From NCBI GenBank assembly GCA_021732285.1, contig JAKFVH010000073.1, forward strand, positions 2,862 through 66,861: a stretch of DNA of 64,000 nt. Direction: 5' to 3'. The position numbers and the translations under genes were made by a program. Source of the DNA: Reyranella sp. (GTDB lineage: Bacteria > Pseudomonadota > Alphaproteobacteria > Reyranellales > Reyranellaceae). Shown one piece after another: positions 10,264-21,599 of this stretch. The stretch's first letter is position 1, and the number at the start of each line of letters is the position of its first letter. The notes under the pieces are model-generated. The model saw nothing but the letters and a program-made list of their open reading frames with translations, did no database searches and was not told the DNA's origin.

Positions 10264-10941
10264 CTAGGCTTCGTGCCCCACCTGGTCAAGCAGGGCGGCC
10301 AGCAGGGCGCGGGTCTCGTCATCGACCATTCCGTCGGCCTTGGCCGGTCGGAAGCGGCGCTGGAACGAGGCGACAATGTCGGCCGTCGTCACGTCAGCGG
10401 CCGGCGGATAGCCAAAGCGCTGCAGGGCTACCTGGATGTCGCCACCCAACGGAGCTGCGCCGGGACGCGGCCACAAACCAATGCCGCTCGCCGCCAGCGT
10501 CGCCCACGGGAAGCGCAAACCGGGGTCGTCCTTGCGCTTGGGCGCGATGTCGGAATGGCCGACGACGTTGCGCGGCTCGATGGCGGGATGGCGGCCGATG
10601 ATGTCGCGGCAGAGCCCGATGAGGGCGGCGATCTGCACGTCGGGATAGTCGTGACGATCGCCGTGCAGGTTCACGATCTCGATGCCGATCGAGGTGGCGT
10701 TAAGCGCCTCGCGGCCACGCCAGTACGAAGGGCCGGCATGCCAGGCGACGCGGTCTTCCGGCACCAGCCGATACACGGTGCCGTCCTCCGCCAGGACGTA
10801 GTGTGCACTGACGCGATTGGGCCGCTTTCCGTCGCACAGGATTTTCAGCGATTCGTCGAGCGGCAACTCGGTGTAGTGCAGCACCAGCACGTCGACCGCC
10901 GACTGGCGCGCCGCATGATTGGGCGACGGAAGCTCGATCAC
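10264..10941 (-). CDS. N-acetylmuramoyl-L-alanine amidase (Amidase_2, AmpD/AmiD-like)
   Basis: VLHYT, VSAHY, AWHAG, SIGIEI, GHSDIAP.RK.DPG; GTG start at 10941. Confidence 0.92.
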   Translation of the reverse strand: MIELPSPNHAARQSAVDVLVLHYTELPLDESLKILCDGKRPNRVSAHYVLAEDGTVYRLVPEDRVAWHAGPSYWRGREALNATSIGIEIVNLHGDRHDYPDVQIAALIGLCRDIIGRHPAIEPRNVVGHSDIAPKRKDDPGLRFPWATLAASGIGLWPRPGAAPLGGDIQVALQRFGYPPAADVTTADIVASFQRRFRPAKADGMVDDETRALLAALLDQVGHEA

Positions 10942-11651
10942 GCAGGAACGAGGCCGCGCTCGCGGCGCAGCCGGTCGTAGGCGTCGTTGATCAGCGCGAG
11001 CTTGCGGGTGGCCATGGCGATGGCCTCCTCGGGCAGACCCTGGGCCATCAGCTTGTCGGGATGGTTGGCCTTGACCTGGCGCAGCCAGGCGTCGCGGATC
11101 TGCTCGTCGGTCGCCAGCGGATCGATGCCCAGGATGGTGCAGGGCTCGCATTCGACGACGCCCAGCGCCGCGGCCTTGGCGCGCTCGAAGCGCGCGCTGC
11201 TCAGCCCGAAGATGCTGGAGACCTCGGCAAGGTAGGCGGCTTCGGTGACGTCGATCGGCCCGTCGGCCTTGGCGATGCTGAACAGCCCTTCGAGCACGTT
11301 CTCCAGGATCTCGGGTGCGTCGGGGAACAGCGCCGCGAGCTGGCGTGCGTAGGTGTCGAAACCTGCGACGTCGCGCTTGGCCAGATTGAAGAAGCGCTCG
11401 ACGTTGCGTTCCTCGCCCGGCGGCACGTGGAAGAAATCGCGAAAAGCCGCAGCCTCGCTCTCCGACACCTCGCCGTCGACGCCCGCCATCTTGGCGCCGA
11501 GCGCGATCACGCCGATGGTAAAGGCGATCTGGCGCAGGCCGGGATGCGCGCCATCGTCGGCCGGCGGCGAGGTGAGGCCGAGCAGCGAGCCGAACGATTC
11601 GCCGTTGGCCAGTCGCGTCACGCCCTCGACGATGCTGTCCCAGATCTTCAT
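10938..11651 (-). CDS. DjlA-like TerB + J-domain protein
   Basis: FTIGVIALGAKMA.DG TerB segment; C-terminal J domain with HPD motif. Confidence 0.88.
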   Translation of the reverse strand: MKIWDSIVEGVTRLANGESFGSLLGLTSPPADDGAHPGLRQIAFTIGVIALGAKMAGVDGEVSESEAAAFRDFFHVPPGEERNVERFFNLAKRDVAGFDTYARQLAALFPDAPEILENVLEGLFSIAKADGPIDVTEAAYLAEVSSIFGLSSARFERAKAAALGVVECEPCTILGIDPLATDEQIRDAWLRQVKANHPDKLMAQGLPEEAIAMATRKLALINDAYDRLRRERGLVPA

Positions 11652-11675
11652 GCCTGCCCCGCTACGCGTTCCCGC

Positions 11676-12407
11676 TCACAGGATCAAGGAGCCGATCGCC
11701 ACGCCGACCAGCAGGACGAGGGCAAGACGTCGATAGAAGCTTTCGCTGGCCAGCGGGAACAGCCGTGTGCCCAGCACACCGCCCAGCATGACGGCCGGTG
11801 CAAGAAACAGGCCCAGCACGATGGTGCTCCAGTCGATCAGGCCGCGCGAAGTGAAGGTGGCGATCGCCACCAGATCGACGAAGACGAAATAGGTCGTGAG
11901 GTTTGCGCGCACGCGCGTCGCCGTTTCATCGCCCGCGAGATAGTAGAAAGCGATGGGCGGCCCGGCCATGCCGGCAAGGCCGTTCAGGAAACCACTGCTG
12001 ACACCGGCTGTCAGCGTGGTCGTGGTACGCGGGCGACCGGCGAAGCGCCAGCCGCTGGCCAACAGGGCGACTGCGCCCAGGATGATGGCCGAGATCGCCC
12101 AGCGCATGGGCTCGGGTTCGGTCCGCGTCAGGACGAGGTTGCCAAGGGGAACCCCGACGGCAGCGGCAATCAGGAGCACGCCGATGCGATGCCAGTCGAC
12201 CAGGCGCACGACGCCGGGAACCACCGGCAGGGCGACGGCGATCTCGAGCAGCAGGCAAAGCGCCACGCCGGCGGCCGGTCCGTACAGCGCCGAAAAGATC
12301 GGCGTCATGATCATGGCCGCGCCAAAACCGGCAAACCCGCGCACCATGCCTGCAATGCAGGCCACGGCTGCGCAAATGAGGAAGGGAATTGCCAACAGGT
12401 CGGGCAT
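11676..12407 (-). CDS. TauE/SafE family sulfite exporter
   Basis: GFAGFG and GMAGPP motifs, about 8 TM segments. Confidence 0.88.
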   Translation of the reverse strand: MPDLLAIPFLICAAVACIAGMVRGFAGFGAAMIMTPIFSALYGPAAGVALCLLLEIAVALPVVPGVVRLVDWHRIGVLLIAAAVGVPLGNLVLTRTEPEPMRWAISAIILGAVALLASGWRFAGRPRTTTTLTAGVSSGFLNGLAGMAGPPIAFYYLAGDETATRVRANLTTYFVFVDLVAIATFTSRGLIDWSTIVLGLFLAPAVMLGGVLGTRLFPLASESFYRRLALVLLVGVAIGSLIL

Positions 12408-12464
12408 GGGGGCCGGGACGCTAGCATTGCCGGACCGTAACCCGGGCATCATATAATGCAGGTC

Positions 12465-14654
<2,190 letters not shown>

Positions 14655-14663
14655 TCTTCTTCT

Positions 14664-14720
14664 GGACCGCGCGCTTCCAGCGCGCTCATGATCATGAGGC
14701 GCGCTGGAAGCGCGCGGTCC
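14664..14720. repeat. GGACCGCG-family palindromic doublet repeat
   Basis: GGACCGCGCGCTTCCAGCGCG...CGCGCTGGAAGCGCGCGGTCC; related copies at 36936 and 55024. Confidence 0.9.
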
Positions 14721-14733
14721 GGGAGAGCATGAG

Positions 14734-15570
14734 ATGAAACTGCGGATACTTGTTGCCCTGCTGGCACTGGTCGTTGCCGGCGAAGCCGCTGCCCAGTCGC
14801 GCGAGCAGATCGTCAAGATCCCCGCCGCCGGCGGCGTGTCGATGATCGCCAACGTCATGCGCCCGCCGGGCGAGGACAAGAAGCCGCTGGTCATCATCAA
14901 CCACGGCTCGCCGGCCGACGGCTCCCAGCGGGCCAAGATGACGCCGCCGCGCTACAGCGGGCTCTCCTCGTGGTTCGTGTCGCGCGGCTACGTCGTCGTC
15001 CTGCCGCTGCGCCGTGGCTACGGCGAGACCGGAGGAACCTGGGCGGAAGCCTACGGCCCCTGCCAGAACCCGGACTACTACAACGCCGGCCTGCAAGGCG
15101 CGTCCGACATCAAGGCCGCCCTCGACTACATGCGCAGCCAACCCTACGTCGCGGCCGACCGCTCGCTGGTCGTGGGCCAGTCGGCCGGCGGCTGGGCAAC
15201 GCTTGCCTTCTCGAGCCAGAACCCGGCCGGGGTGTCGGGCATGATCGACTTCGCCGGCGGCCGCGGCGGCCATCAGAAGATGTCGGACGGCAGCCTCGGC
15301 AACTGCACGCCCAATGCCTTGGTGAGTGCGGCCGGCAAGTACGGCTCGACGGCGCGCGTGCCGACGCTGTGGATCTACACCGCCAACGACAGCTTCTTCG
15401 AACCGAGCCTCGCGAAGCGCATGTTCGAGGCCTACAACGCCGCCGGCGGCAAGGGCACCTATCGGCCGCTCGGCGCCTTCGGCAGCGACGGCCATGGCCT
15501 CGCCGGCAGCGACAGCGGCGTGGCGATGTGGCAGGGGCCGGTCTCGGAGTTCCTCGCCACCCTCAAATAG
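14734..15570 (+). CDS. Secreted alpha/beta hydrolase (dienelactone hydrolase-like)
   Basis: Signal peptide, NHGS, GQSAGG nucleophile elbow, ND and GH triad residues. Confidence 0.85.
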   Translation: MKLRILVALLALVVAGEAAAQSREQIVKIPAAGGVSMIANVMRPPGEDKKPLVIINHGSPADGSQRAKMTPPRYSGLSSWFVSRGYVVVLPLRRGYGETGGTWAEAYGPCQNPDYYNAGLQGASDIKAALDYMRSQPYVAADRSLVVGQSAGGWATLAFSSQNPAGVSGMIDFAGGRGGHQKMSDGSLGNCTPNALVSAAGKYGSTARVPTLWIYTANDSFFEPSLAKRMFEAYNAAGGKGTYRPLGAFGSDGHGLAGSDSGVAMWQGPVSEFLATLK

Positions 15571-15573
15571 GGC

Positions 15574-16350
15574 TCAGCTTTCTGGCAACGCGCTTTCGTG
15601 CCAGCGCCGCAGCAGCAGGTGGCTGAGCCAGGTGAGCAGCAGGTAGATAACGATGCCGGTCGCCGAGATCAGCATCAGGGCGGCGAACATGCGCGGAATT
15701 TTCAGCTGGTAGCCCGATTCGAGAATGCGCCAAGCCAGCCCCGAGGCATTGCCGCCGGTGCCGGCCACGAACTCGGCGACCACGGCGCCGATCAGCGCCA
15801 AGCCGCCCGAGATGCGCAGCCCACCCAGAAAGTACGGCAGCGCCGCCGGCAGGCGCAGGTCGACCAGGGTGCGCCATCGCCCTGCGCCATAGAGCCGGAA
15901 CAGGTCGAGCAGGTTGGGATCGACCGAGCGCAGGCCGAGGATGGTGTTCGACAGGATCGGGAAGAACGCCACCAGCCAGGCGCAGATCAGGAGCGATAGC
16001 TCGACATTATTCGCCCACACGATGATCAGCGGCGCGATCGCCACGATCGGCGTGACCTGCAGGATGATCGCATAGGGAAACAGCGACAGCTCGACCCAGC
16101 GCGACAGCGAGAACAGGATAGCGAGCAGCCCGCCGACCGCGACGGCCGCGGCCAGCGCCTCGAGGGTGATGCGGAGCGTGACCAGCAGCGACGGCTCGAG
16201 CGTGCCCCAGTCGGCTATAAGCGTCTTCGCCACCAGGATCGGGCCGGGCAGGATGTAGGGTTCTATGCCCGCCGCGCGCACGATGCCCTCCCACAAAGCG
16301 AGCATCAGGATGCCGAGCACGATCGGCGCGATCACCTTGGCGCCTATCAT
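15574..16350 (-). CDS. ABC transporter permease, NitT/TauT family
   Basis: LRLPAALP EAA-like loop, GAVVAEF; ATG at 16350. Confidence 0.9.
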   Translation of the reverse strand: MIGAKVIAPIVLGILMLALWEGIVRAAGIEPYILPGPILVAKTLIADWGTLEPSLLVTLRITLEALAAAVAVGGLLAILFSLSRWVELSLFPYAIILQVTPIVAIAPLIIVWANNVELSLLICAWLVAFFPILSNTILGLRSVDPNLLDLFRLYGAGRWRTLVDLRLPAALPYFLGGLRISGGLALIGAVVAEFVAGTGGNASGLAWRILESGYQLKIPRMFAALMLISATGIVIYLLLTWLSHLLLRRWHESALPES

Positions 16351-17093
16351 GCGGCCATCGCCTCGCCCAGCCGTGACGAGGCCTGTCGGCACCAGGCCGC
16401 GTACTCCGCCGAGGTGCGGAAGGCCTGGCTGCGCGGATAGGGCGTGGTCACGGCGAGATCGGCCGACACGCGGCCGGGCCGCGCCGACATCACCACGATG
16501 CGCTGCGACAGGAACACCGATTCGAACACCGAGTGGGTGACGAACACGACGGTGACGCCGCTCGCCTGCCACAGCTCCAGCAGGTCATCGTTCAGGCGAT
16601 GCCGCGTGATCTCGTCGAGGGCGGCGAACGGCTCGTCCATCAGCAGCAGCCGGGGTTTTACCACCAAGGCGCGCGCCAGCGACACGCGCATCTTCATGCC
16701 GCCCGACAGCTCGCGCGGCCACACGCGCATAAAACCTTTCAGTCCGACATTGTCGAGCGCCTCGGCCGCCCGCGCCTCGCGCTCGCTCTTCGCCACGCCG
16801 CGCAGCTTCAGCGGCAAGGCGACGTTGGCAAGGGCTGTCGCCCACGGCATCAGGGTGGGCTCCTGGAAGACGAAGCCGAGATCCGCCCTGCCCTTGTCGT
16901 CCGACCAGTCGATGGTGCCGGTGGTGGGCTCGGCGAGGCCGGCGATCAGGCGCAGCAACGTGGACTTGCCGCAGCCGGAGGGGCCCAACACGCTCAGAAA
17001 TTCGCCCGCCTGCACGTCGAGCGAGACATTGGCGAGAGCTTCTACGCCGTTGGCAAAGACCTTCGAGACGCCGCGAACGCCGACCAGCTGCAT
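16347..17093 (-). CDS. ABC transporter ATP-binding protein, NitT/TauT family
   Basis: GPSGCGKST, LSGGM, LLMDEPF; ATG at 17093. Confidence 0.93.
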   Translation of the reverse strand: MQLVGVRGVSKVFANGVEALANVSLDVQAGEFLSVLGPSGCGKSTLLRLIAGLAEPTTGTIDWSDDKGRADLGFVFQEPTLMPWATALANVALPLKLRGVAKSEREARAAEALDNVGLKGFMRVWPRELSGGMKMRVSLARALVVKPRLLLMDEPFAALDEITRHRLNDDLLELWQASGVTVVFVTHSVFESVFLSQRIVVMSARPGRVSADLAVTTPYPRSQAFRTSAEYAAWCRQASSRLGEAMAA

Positions 17094-17962
17094 CAGGCCG
17101 ACGGCAGCGTGAGATCGAGCGTGGCGGTCCACACCGGCAGCGGCAGGGTCTCGCGTGCCGCGAGATTGGCCGGCAGCTGCTTGCGATCGGTCACCTTCTT
17201 GAACGGCAGCACGAGGCCCGCGCGCACGCCGAACACGGCGTCGCCGTCGAGATACTTGTCGTCTTCGGGGAAGAACTCGGTGATCAGCGGCTTGTGGCCG
17301 GGCGCATTGATGATCATGTGCAGATGCGCCGGCCGCCAGGCGTTGCGGCCGAGCGCCCGCAGCATGTCGCCGGCCGGGCCGTCGTCGGGCACGGTGTAGG
17401 CGATCGGCCGCACCGTCGAATAGGAGAAGGTGCCGTCGTCGGCCACCTTGAGCTGGCCGTGATAGTTGGTCGGCGAGTTCTTGGGATCCTGCTGGGAGTA
17501 CAAGCCGTTGCCGCCGTTCTGCCAGAGCTGCAGCATCGCGCCCTTGGCCGGCGCGCCCTTCTGGTCGCGGATGCGGCCGTGCACGACCAGCGGCTCGCCG
17601 ACCTGGCCTTTCCACAAGTCGCCGCCGTTGGCCAGCTCGGGCGCGCCCTCGATGAGGAACGGCCCCAGCACCGACGACTGCGTGCCGGTGGTCGCGGCGT
17701 TGATCATGTCGACCAGGGACGAGACGCCCAGAAGGTCGGAGAACAGGATGTATTCGTTGCGCTTGTCGTCGGTGAACTTGGTCGCGCGCGTCAGCGCGTC
17801 GATCGCCGCGCCCCATTCGGCCTGGGTGACCTTGTTGTCGCGCACGAAGCTGTGCAGATGGCCCGCCAGGCTCACCAGCAGGATGCGCGTGCGCTCCGAC
17901 GGCGCGTTCTTGGCGTAGTCGGCGAAGGCCTGAGTGATGCTGGTCGGCGTCAGGTTGCGCAT
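17093..17962 (-). CDS. Intradiol ring-cleavage dioxygenase (catechol/hydroxyquinol 1,2-dioxygenase family)
   Basis: LFSDLLGVS, VLGPF, GLYSQQ, PIAYTVP and WRPAHLH iron-ligand motifs; GGAGGAG RBS before ATG 17962. Confidence 0.9.
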   Translation of the reverse strand: MRNLTPTSITQAFADYAKNAPSERTRILLVSLAGHLHSFVRDNKVTQAEWGAAIDALTRATKFTDDKRNEYILFSDLLGVSSLVDMINAATTGTQSSVLGPFLIEGAPELANGGDLWKGQVGEPLVVHGRIRDQKGAPAKGAMLQLWQNGGNGLYSQQDPKNSPTNYHGQLKVADDGTFSYSTVRPIAYTVPDDGPAGDMLRALGRNAWRPAHLHMIINAPGHKPLITEFFPEDDKYLDGDAVFGVRAGLVLPFKKVTDRKQLPANLAARETLPLPVWTATLDLTLPSA

Positions 17963-17987
17963 GAAAAACTCCTCCAGGGACGGCCGT

Positions 17988-18115
17988 CTAAAGCACATTC
18001 CGTCCAGCTGTTTACAGCTGGACGGAATGTGCCCTGCTGCAACCAGGATCGCCAGTGCGCGCGTTCCGATCGGCTGGAACCGCGAGCGGTTCCAGCCGAT
18101 CGGAAACCGCTCTAG
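17988..18115. repeat. Two-hairpin intergenic element (CIR/RIME/BRU-RS-like)
   Basis: Hairpins GCACATTCCGTCCAGCTGT-TT-ACAGCTGGACGGAATGTGC and TTCCGATCGGCTGGAACCGC-GA-GCGGTTCCAGCCGATCGGAA; ends CTAAAGC...GCTCTAG. Confidence 0.8.
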
Positions 18116-18720
18116 CGGGCCGCTCTCAGGAGGGCATCGTAGTCGGCGCGCAGCAGGGCGAACAACAGATGGTCGGCCCATTGGCCGTTGATCCGGAGGT
18201 ACTGGCGGGCCAGCCCCTCCTCGTGGAACCCGACCTTGGCCAGCACCGCCTTGGACGGCTCGTTGTGCGGCAGGCAGGCCGCCTCCAGGCGATGCAGCCT
18301 CAAGTCGTCGAACACGAAGGGCAGCGAGGCGCGCAAGGCGTCGGTCATCAGGCCCTGGCCGGCATAGGGCTGGCCCATCCAGTAGCCGACCGAAGCGGCC
18401 TGGGCGACGCCGCGGCGCACGTTGCTGAGATTGATGCCGCCGGCCAGTCGCCGGCCCTCGTTGGTGAAGACGAACAGGCTATAGGCCTCGCCCGACCGCC
18501 ATTCCCGGGCCTGCTGGCGCAGGCGGCGGCGGTAGTGGTCGCGGCCCAGGGAATCCTCCGGCCAGGTCGGTTCCCACGGTGTGAGAAAGGCCCGGCTGCG
18601 CGCCCGCAATTCCGCCCATTCGGCCCAGTCGTCCATGGCCGGAGCGCGCAAAAACACGCGCCGCCCGGCGATTCTGGTCATCCCGGACAGCGACAATGGG
18701 ACATCGGCAAAACGGAACAT
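18112..18720 (-). CDS. rimJ: RimJ-like GNAT N-acetyltransferase
   Basis: FLTPWEP, GGINLSNVRRG, GYWMG, LHRLEAAC, EGLAR.YL.ING.W.DH. Confidence 0.88.
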   Translation of the reverse strand: MFRFADVPLSLSGMTRIAGRRVFLRAPAMDDWAEWAELRARSRAFLTPWEPTWPEDSLGRDHYRRRLRQQAREWRSGEAYSLFVFTNEGRRLAGGINLSNVRRGVAQAASVGYWMGQPYAGQGLMTDALRASLPFVFDDLRLHRLEAACLPHNEPSKAVLAKVGFHEEGLARQYLRINGQWADHLLFALLRADYDALLRAAR

Positions 18721-18886
18721 CTTGGTCTATACTAATGCAGCTTTGGAATTGTTACATGTTTTCCGAGGCTTGACGTAGGAAATTGAGACTGTCGGCCGCG
18801 CCGCCCAGCCAAAAGCCAGGCCTTGAAAAGCTCCGACGGTGGTATGAAATTCCCCTCCCCAAGGAGTCATCCCGTTCAGGACGGCC

Positions 18887-19741
18887 ATGGAAACAGACGC
18901 GAATACCAATGTCGGCCAGAAGGGCCGATTTTATCTGACCAAGCACATCTGGGTCCCGCAGGAGCCCATCGAGAACTTCAATCTCAAGATGTCGGACATG
19001 ATCCTGCGCCGCATGCCCAAGCTGCCATTGAGTGGCGAGGATGCGGTCCGGGTCTTTCCGGTCCTGGCAGAGCTCAAGAAGAGCCACGCCAAGATCAAGG
19101 CCGACCTCCAGTACCTGCTGAGCCATCACGAGGAGATCCCGGCGCTGCACGAGGTCCATCCGCGCGACCTGTACGTGGCCGGCCGCGCATGGCGCACCTT
19201 CCTGCTCAAGATCTGGGGACACGAGATCAAGGAGAACACCGCCGCGGTGCCCGACACCTACGCGGCGATCTCGCGCATCCCCGGCGTGCACACGGCGCTG
19301 TTCAGCATCCTGGCCGGCGGCGCGGAGATCGAGCCCCATCGCGGCTCGGCGGCCGGCGTGATCCGCTTCCACTATCCGCTGATCGTGCCGAAGGAGCCGG
19401 AGAAGTGCTGGATCGAGATCGGCGGCCACCACTTCTTCTGGCAGGAAGGCGAGCCGCTGGTGTTCGACGACACGCGCGAGCACTGGGTCAAGAACCAGAC
19501 CGAGGAAACGCGCGTCGTCCTGATCATCGACTTCAACGCCGACATGCCGTTCCCGGTGAACCTCTTCACCAACCTGCGCTACAACCTGATCCGCCGCAGC
19601 GCCGAGGTCGCCGCCGTCATGGAGCGCGCCGCCATCGGCGTGCCGCCGCGCAATGCGAGCCCGCCGCAGCCTCAGATGTCACAGGGCCTGATCAGCATGG
19701 CGAGCCACACGACGTCGCCGGTCAACGTCGACCGTAAATAG
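18887..19741 (+). CDS. Aspartyl/asparaginyl beta-hydroxylase family 2OG dioxygenase (LpxO-like)
   Basis: FSIL, PHRG, RFHYPL.VP, WQEGE..VFDDT..H, RVVLIID. Confidence 0.82.
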   Translation: METDANTNVGQKGRFYLTKHIWVPQEPIENFNLKMSDMILRRMPKLPLSGEDAVRVFPVLAELKKSHAKIKADLQYLLSHHEEIPALHEVHPRDLYVAGRAWRTFLLKIWGHEIKENTAAVPDTYAAISRIPGVHTALFSILAGGAEIEPHRGSAAGVIRFHYPLIVPKEPEKCWIEIGGHHFFWQEGEPLVFDDTREHWVKNQTEETRVVLIIDFNADMPFPVNLFTNLRYNLIRRSAEVAAVMERAAIGVPPRNASPPQPQMSQGLISMASHTTSPVNVDRK

Positions 19742-19839
19742 ATCGGAGCGCCAGCGGGCGGCGCTCGATTTCACGAACATTGAATCGCTGCGATGCAGAT
19801 GCCTTTTGCCGGACACACTGAGCTGGCACCAGGGTTGGC

Positions 19840-20310
19840 ATGATCGATCGTCTGTTGGATTTGTTGGCCGGTCGCGGCGAGTGGACTTCGGAGAAGCCTG
19901 CTGACGATCTCCCGTTGGCGGTCGCCGCGTTGCTGATCGAGCTGGCGCGCATGGACGACAAGGTCAATGCCGTCGAGCGACGTACCGTCGAGCAGCTGCT
20001 CACCCGCATGTTCAGCCTCGAGCCTGAGAACGTGCAATCTCTTGTCGAGCGGGCAGACCAGGAGATGCAGCGCTCCACCCAGTACTTCCCCTTCACGCAG
20101 CAGATCTGCCGGCACGCCAGCGCCGACATGCGCGTGCAGATCATCGAGATGTTGTGGACGGTCGCCTACGCCGATGGCGCGCTCGATCCGGACGAAGATG
20201 CCCTGATCCGCCAGGTCGCCGGGCTGATCCAGGTGTCCGACTGGGAGCGCGGCGCGGCGCGCAAGAGAGCATTGGAGAAGCTTGCGAGAAGCGAGCCCGT
20301 CGCCGACTGA
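19840..20310 (+). CDS. TerB family protein
   Basis: AVAALLIELARMD, LWTVAYADG.LD.DED. Confidence 0.85.
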   Translation: MIDRLLDLLAGRGEWTSEKPADDLPLAVAALLIELARMDDKVNAVERRTVEQLLTRMFSLEPENVQSLVERADQEMQRSTQYFPFTQQICRHASADMRVQIIEMLWTVAYADGALDPDEDALIRQVAGLIQVSDWERGAARKRALEKLARSEPVAD

Positions 20311-20323
20311 CTGGCTTTCGTCG

Positions 20324-21592
20324 CTACGCCGCCAGACGGGAGGCGATCTTGTCCAAAGACTCCAGCTCGTCGATCGGACCGAGTGCGGCAAGCGTGAGCT
20401 CGCCCTGCAGGAGCCGGCGCGCGACCCGCTGCACGGCCGCCTGATCGACCGCCTCGATGCGGGTCACGATCTCGGCGTAGGGGATCGGCCGGCCATGGAT
20501 GATCAGGTGGCGGGCCGCCTGCTCCGACCGGGCGCCGCTCGATTCCAGGGCCATCAGCGTGCCGGCCTTGATCTGGTTGCGGGCGCGCACCAGCTCGGCT
20601 TCGCTCAGCGTGTCGGCGACGCCGGCGAATTCCTCGCACACCGCCGGCACCAGCTCGGCGAGATCGTCTTCGCCCGTGCCGGCATAGATGCCGAACAGGC
20701 CGCCGTCGGCATAGGCGGTGTTGAAGCAGTGGATGCCGTAGACCAGGCCGCGCTCCTCGCGGATGCGCTGGAACAGGCGTGAGGACATGCCGCCGCCGAA
20801 CAGGGTCGAATAGACGGCGAGCGCGAAGTAGTCGGGATCGCGATAGCCGATGCCTTGGCAGCCCAGCACCAGATGCGCCTGCTCGAGCACGCGCGATTCG
20901 CGGCCGTCGCCGCCGACATAGGCGAGCGGCACCGGCGCCTCGGCATTGGCGGGCGTGCGCGGCACCGAGCCGAAATACTTCTCGGCGAGGTCGACGATCT
21001 GGTTGTTCTCCACGCGCCCGGCCGCCGACAGGACCATGTTGGACGCCGTGTAGTGACGGGCGAGGAAGGCGAAGAGATCGTCGCGGCCGATCGCCTCGAC
21101 CGTCTCCGCCGTGCCCAGCACCGGCCGGCCGAGCGGCTGGCCGGGAAAGGCGGTGACCTGGAACTGGTCGAACACCAGGTCGTCGGGCGTGTCGAGCGCC
21201 TGGCCGATCTCCTGCAGGATGACGCCGCGCTCGCGCTGCAGCTCGTCGGGATCGAACACCGAGTTGCGCAGGATGTCGGCCACCATCTCGACACCCAGCG
21301 CCACGTCCTCCTTCAGCACCGAGGCATGGTAGGCCGTGATCTCGCGGCCGGTATAGGCGTTCAGGCTGCCGCCGACATTCTCGATCTCCTCGGCGATGGC
21401 GCGGGCCGAGCGCGTGCGCGTGCCCTTGAAGGCCATGTGCTCGAGCATGTGCGCCATGCCGTTGAGCTCGGCCGATTCGTGGCGCGTGCCGCAGGCGACC
21501 CAGATGCCGAGCGCCGCCGATTCGACCTCGGGCATCGCGTCGACCGCGACGCGCAAGCCGTTGGGGAGGGTGGTGACCTTGACGTTGCTCAT
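20324..21592 (-). CDS. M16 family zinc peptidase
   Basis: HMLEH (HxxEH), LNAYT, GGGMSSRLFQ.IREERGLVY. Confidence 0.93.
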   Translation of the reverse strand: MSNVKVTTLPNGLRVAVDAMPEVESAALGIWVACGTRHESAELNGMAHMLEHMAFKGTRTRSARAIAEEIENVGGSLNAYTGREITAYHASVLKEDVALGVEMVADILRNSVFDPDELQRERGVILQEIGQALDTPDDLVFDQFQVTAFPGQPLGRPVLGTAETVEAIGRDDLFAFLARHYTASNMVLSAAGRVENNQIVDLAEKYFGSVPRTPANAEAPVPLAYVGGDGRESRVLEQAHLVLGCQGIGYRDPDYFALAVYSTLFGGGMSSRLFQRIREERGLVYGIHCFNTAYADGGLFGIYAGTGEDDLAELVPAVCEEFAGVADTLSEAELVRARNQIKAGTLMALESSGARSEQAARHLIIHGRPIPYAEIVTRIEAVDQAAVQRVARRLLQGELTLAALGPIDELESLDKIASRLAA

Positions 21593-21599
21593 CGCCGTC

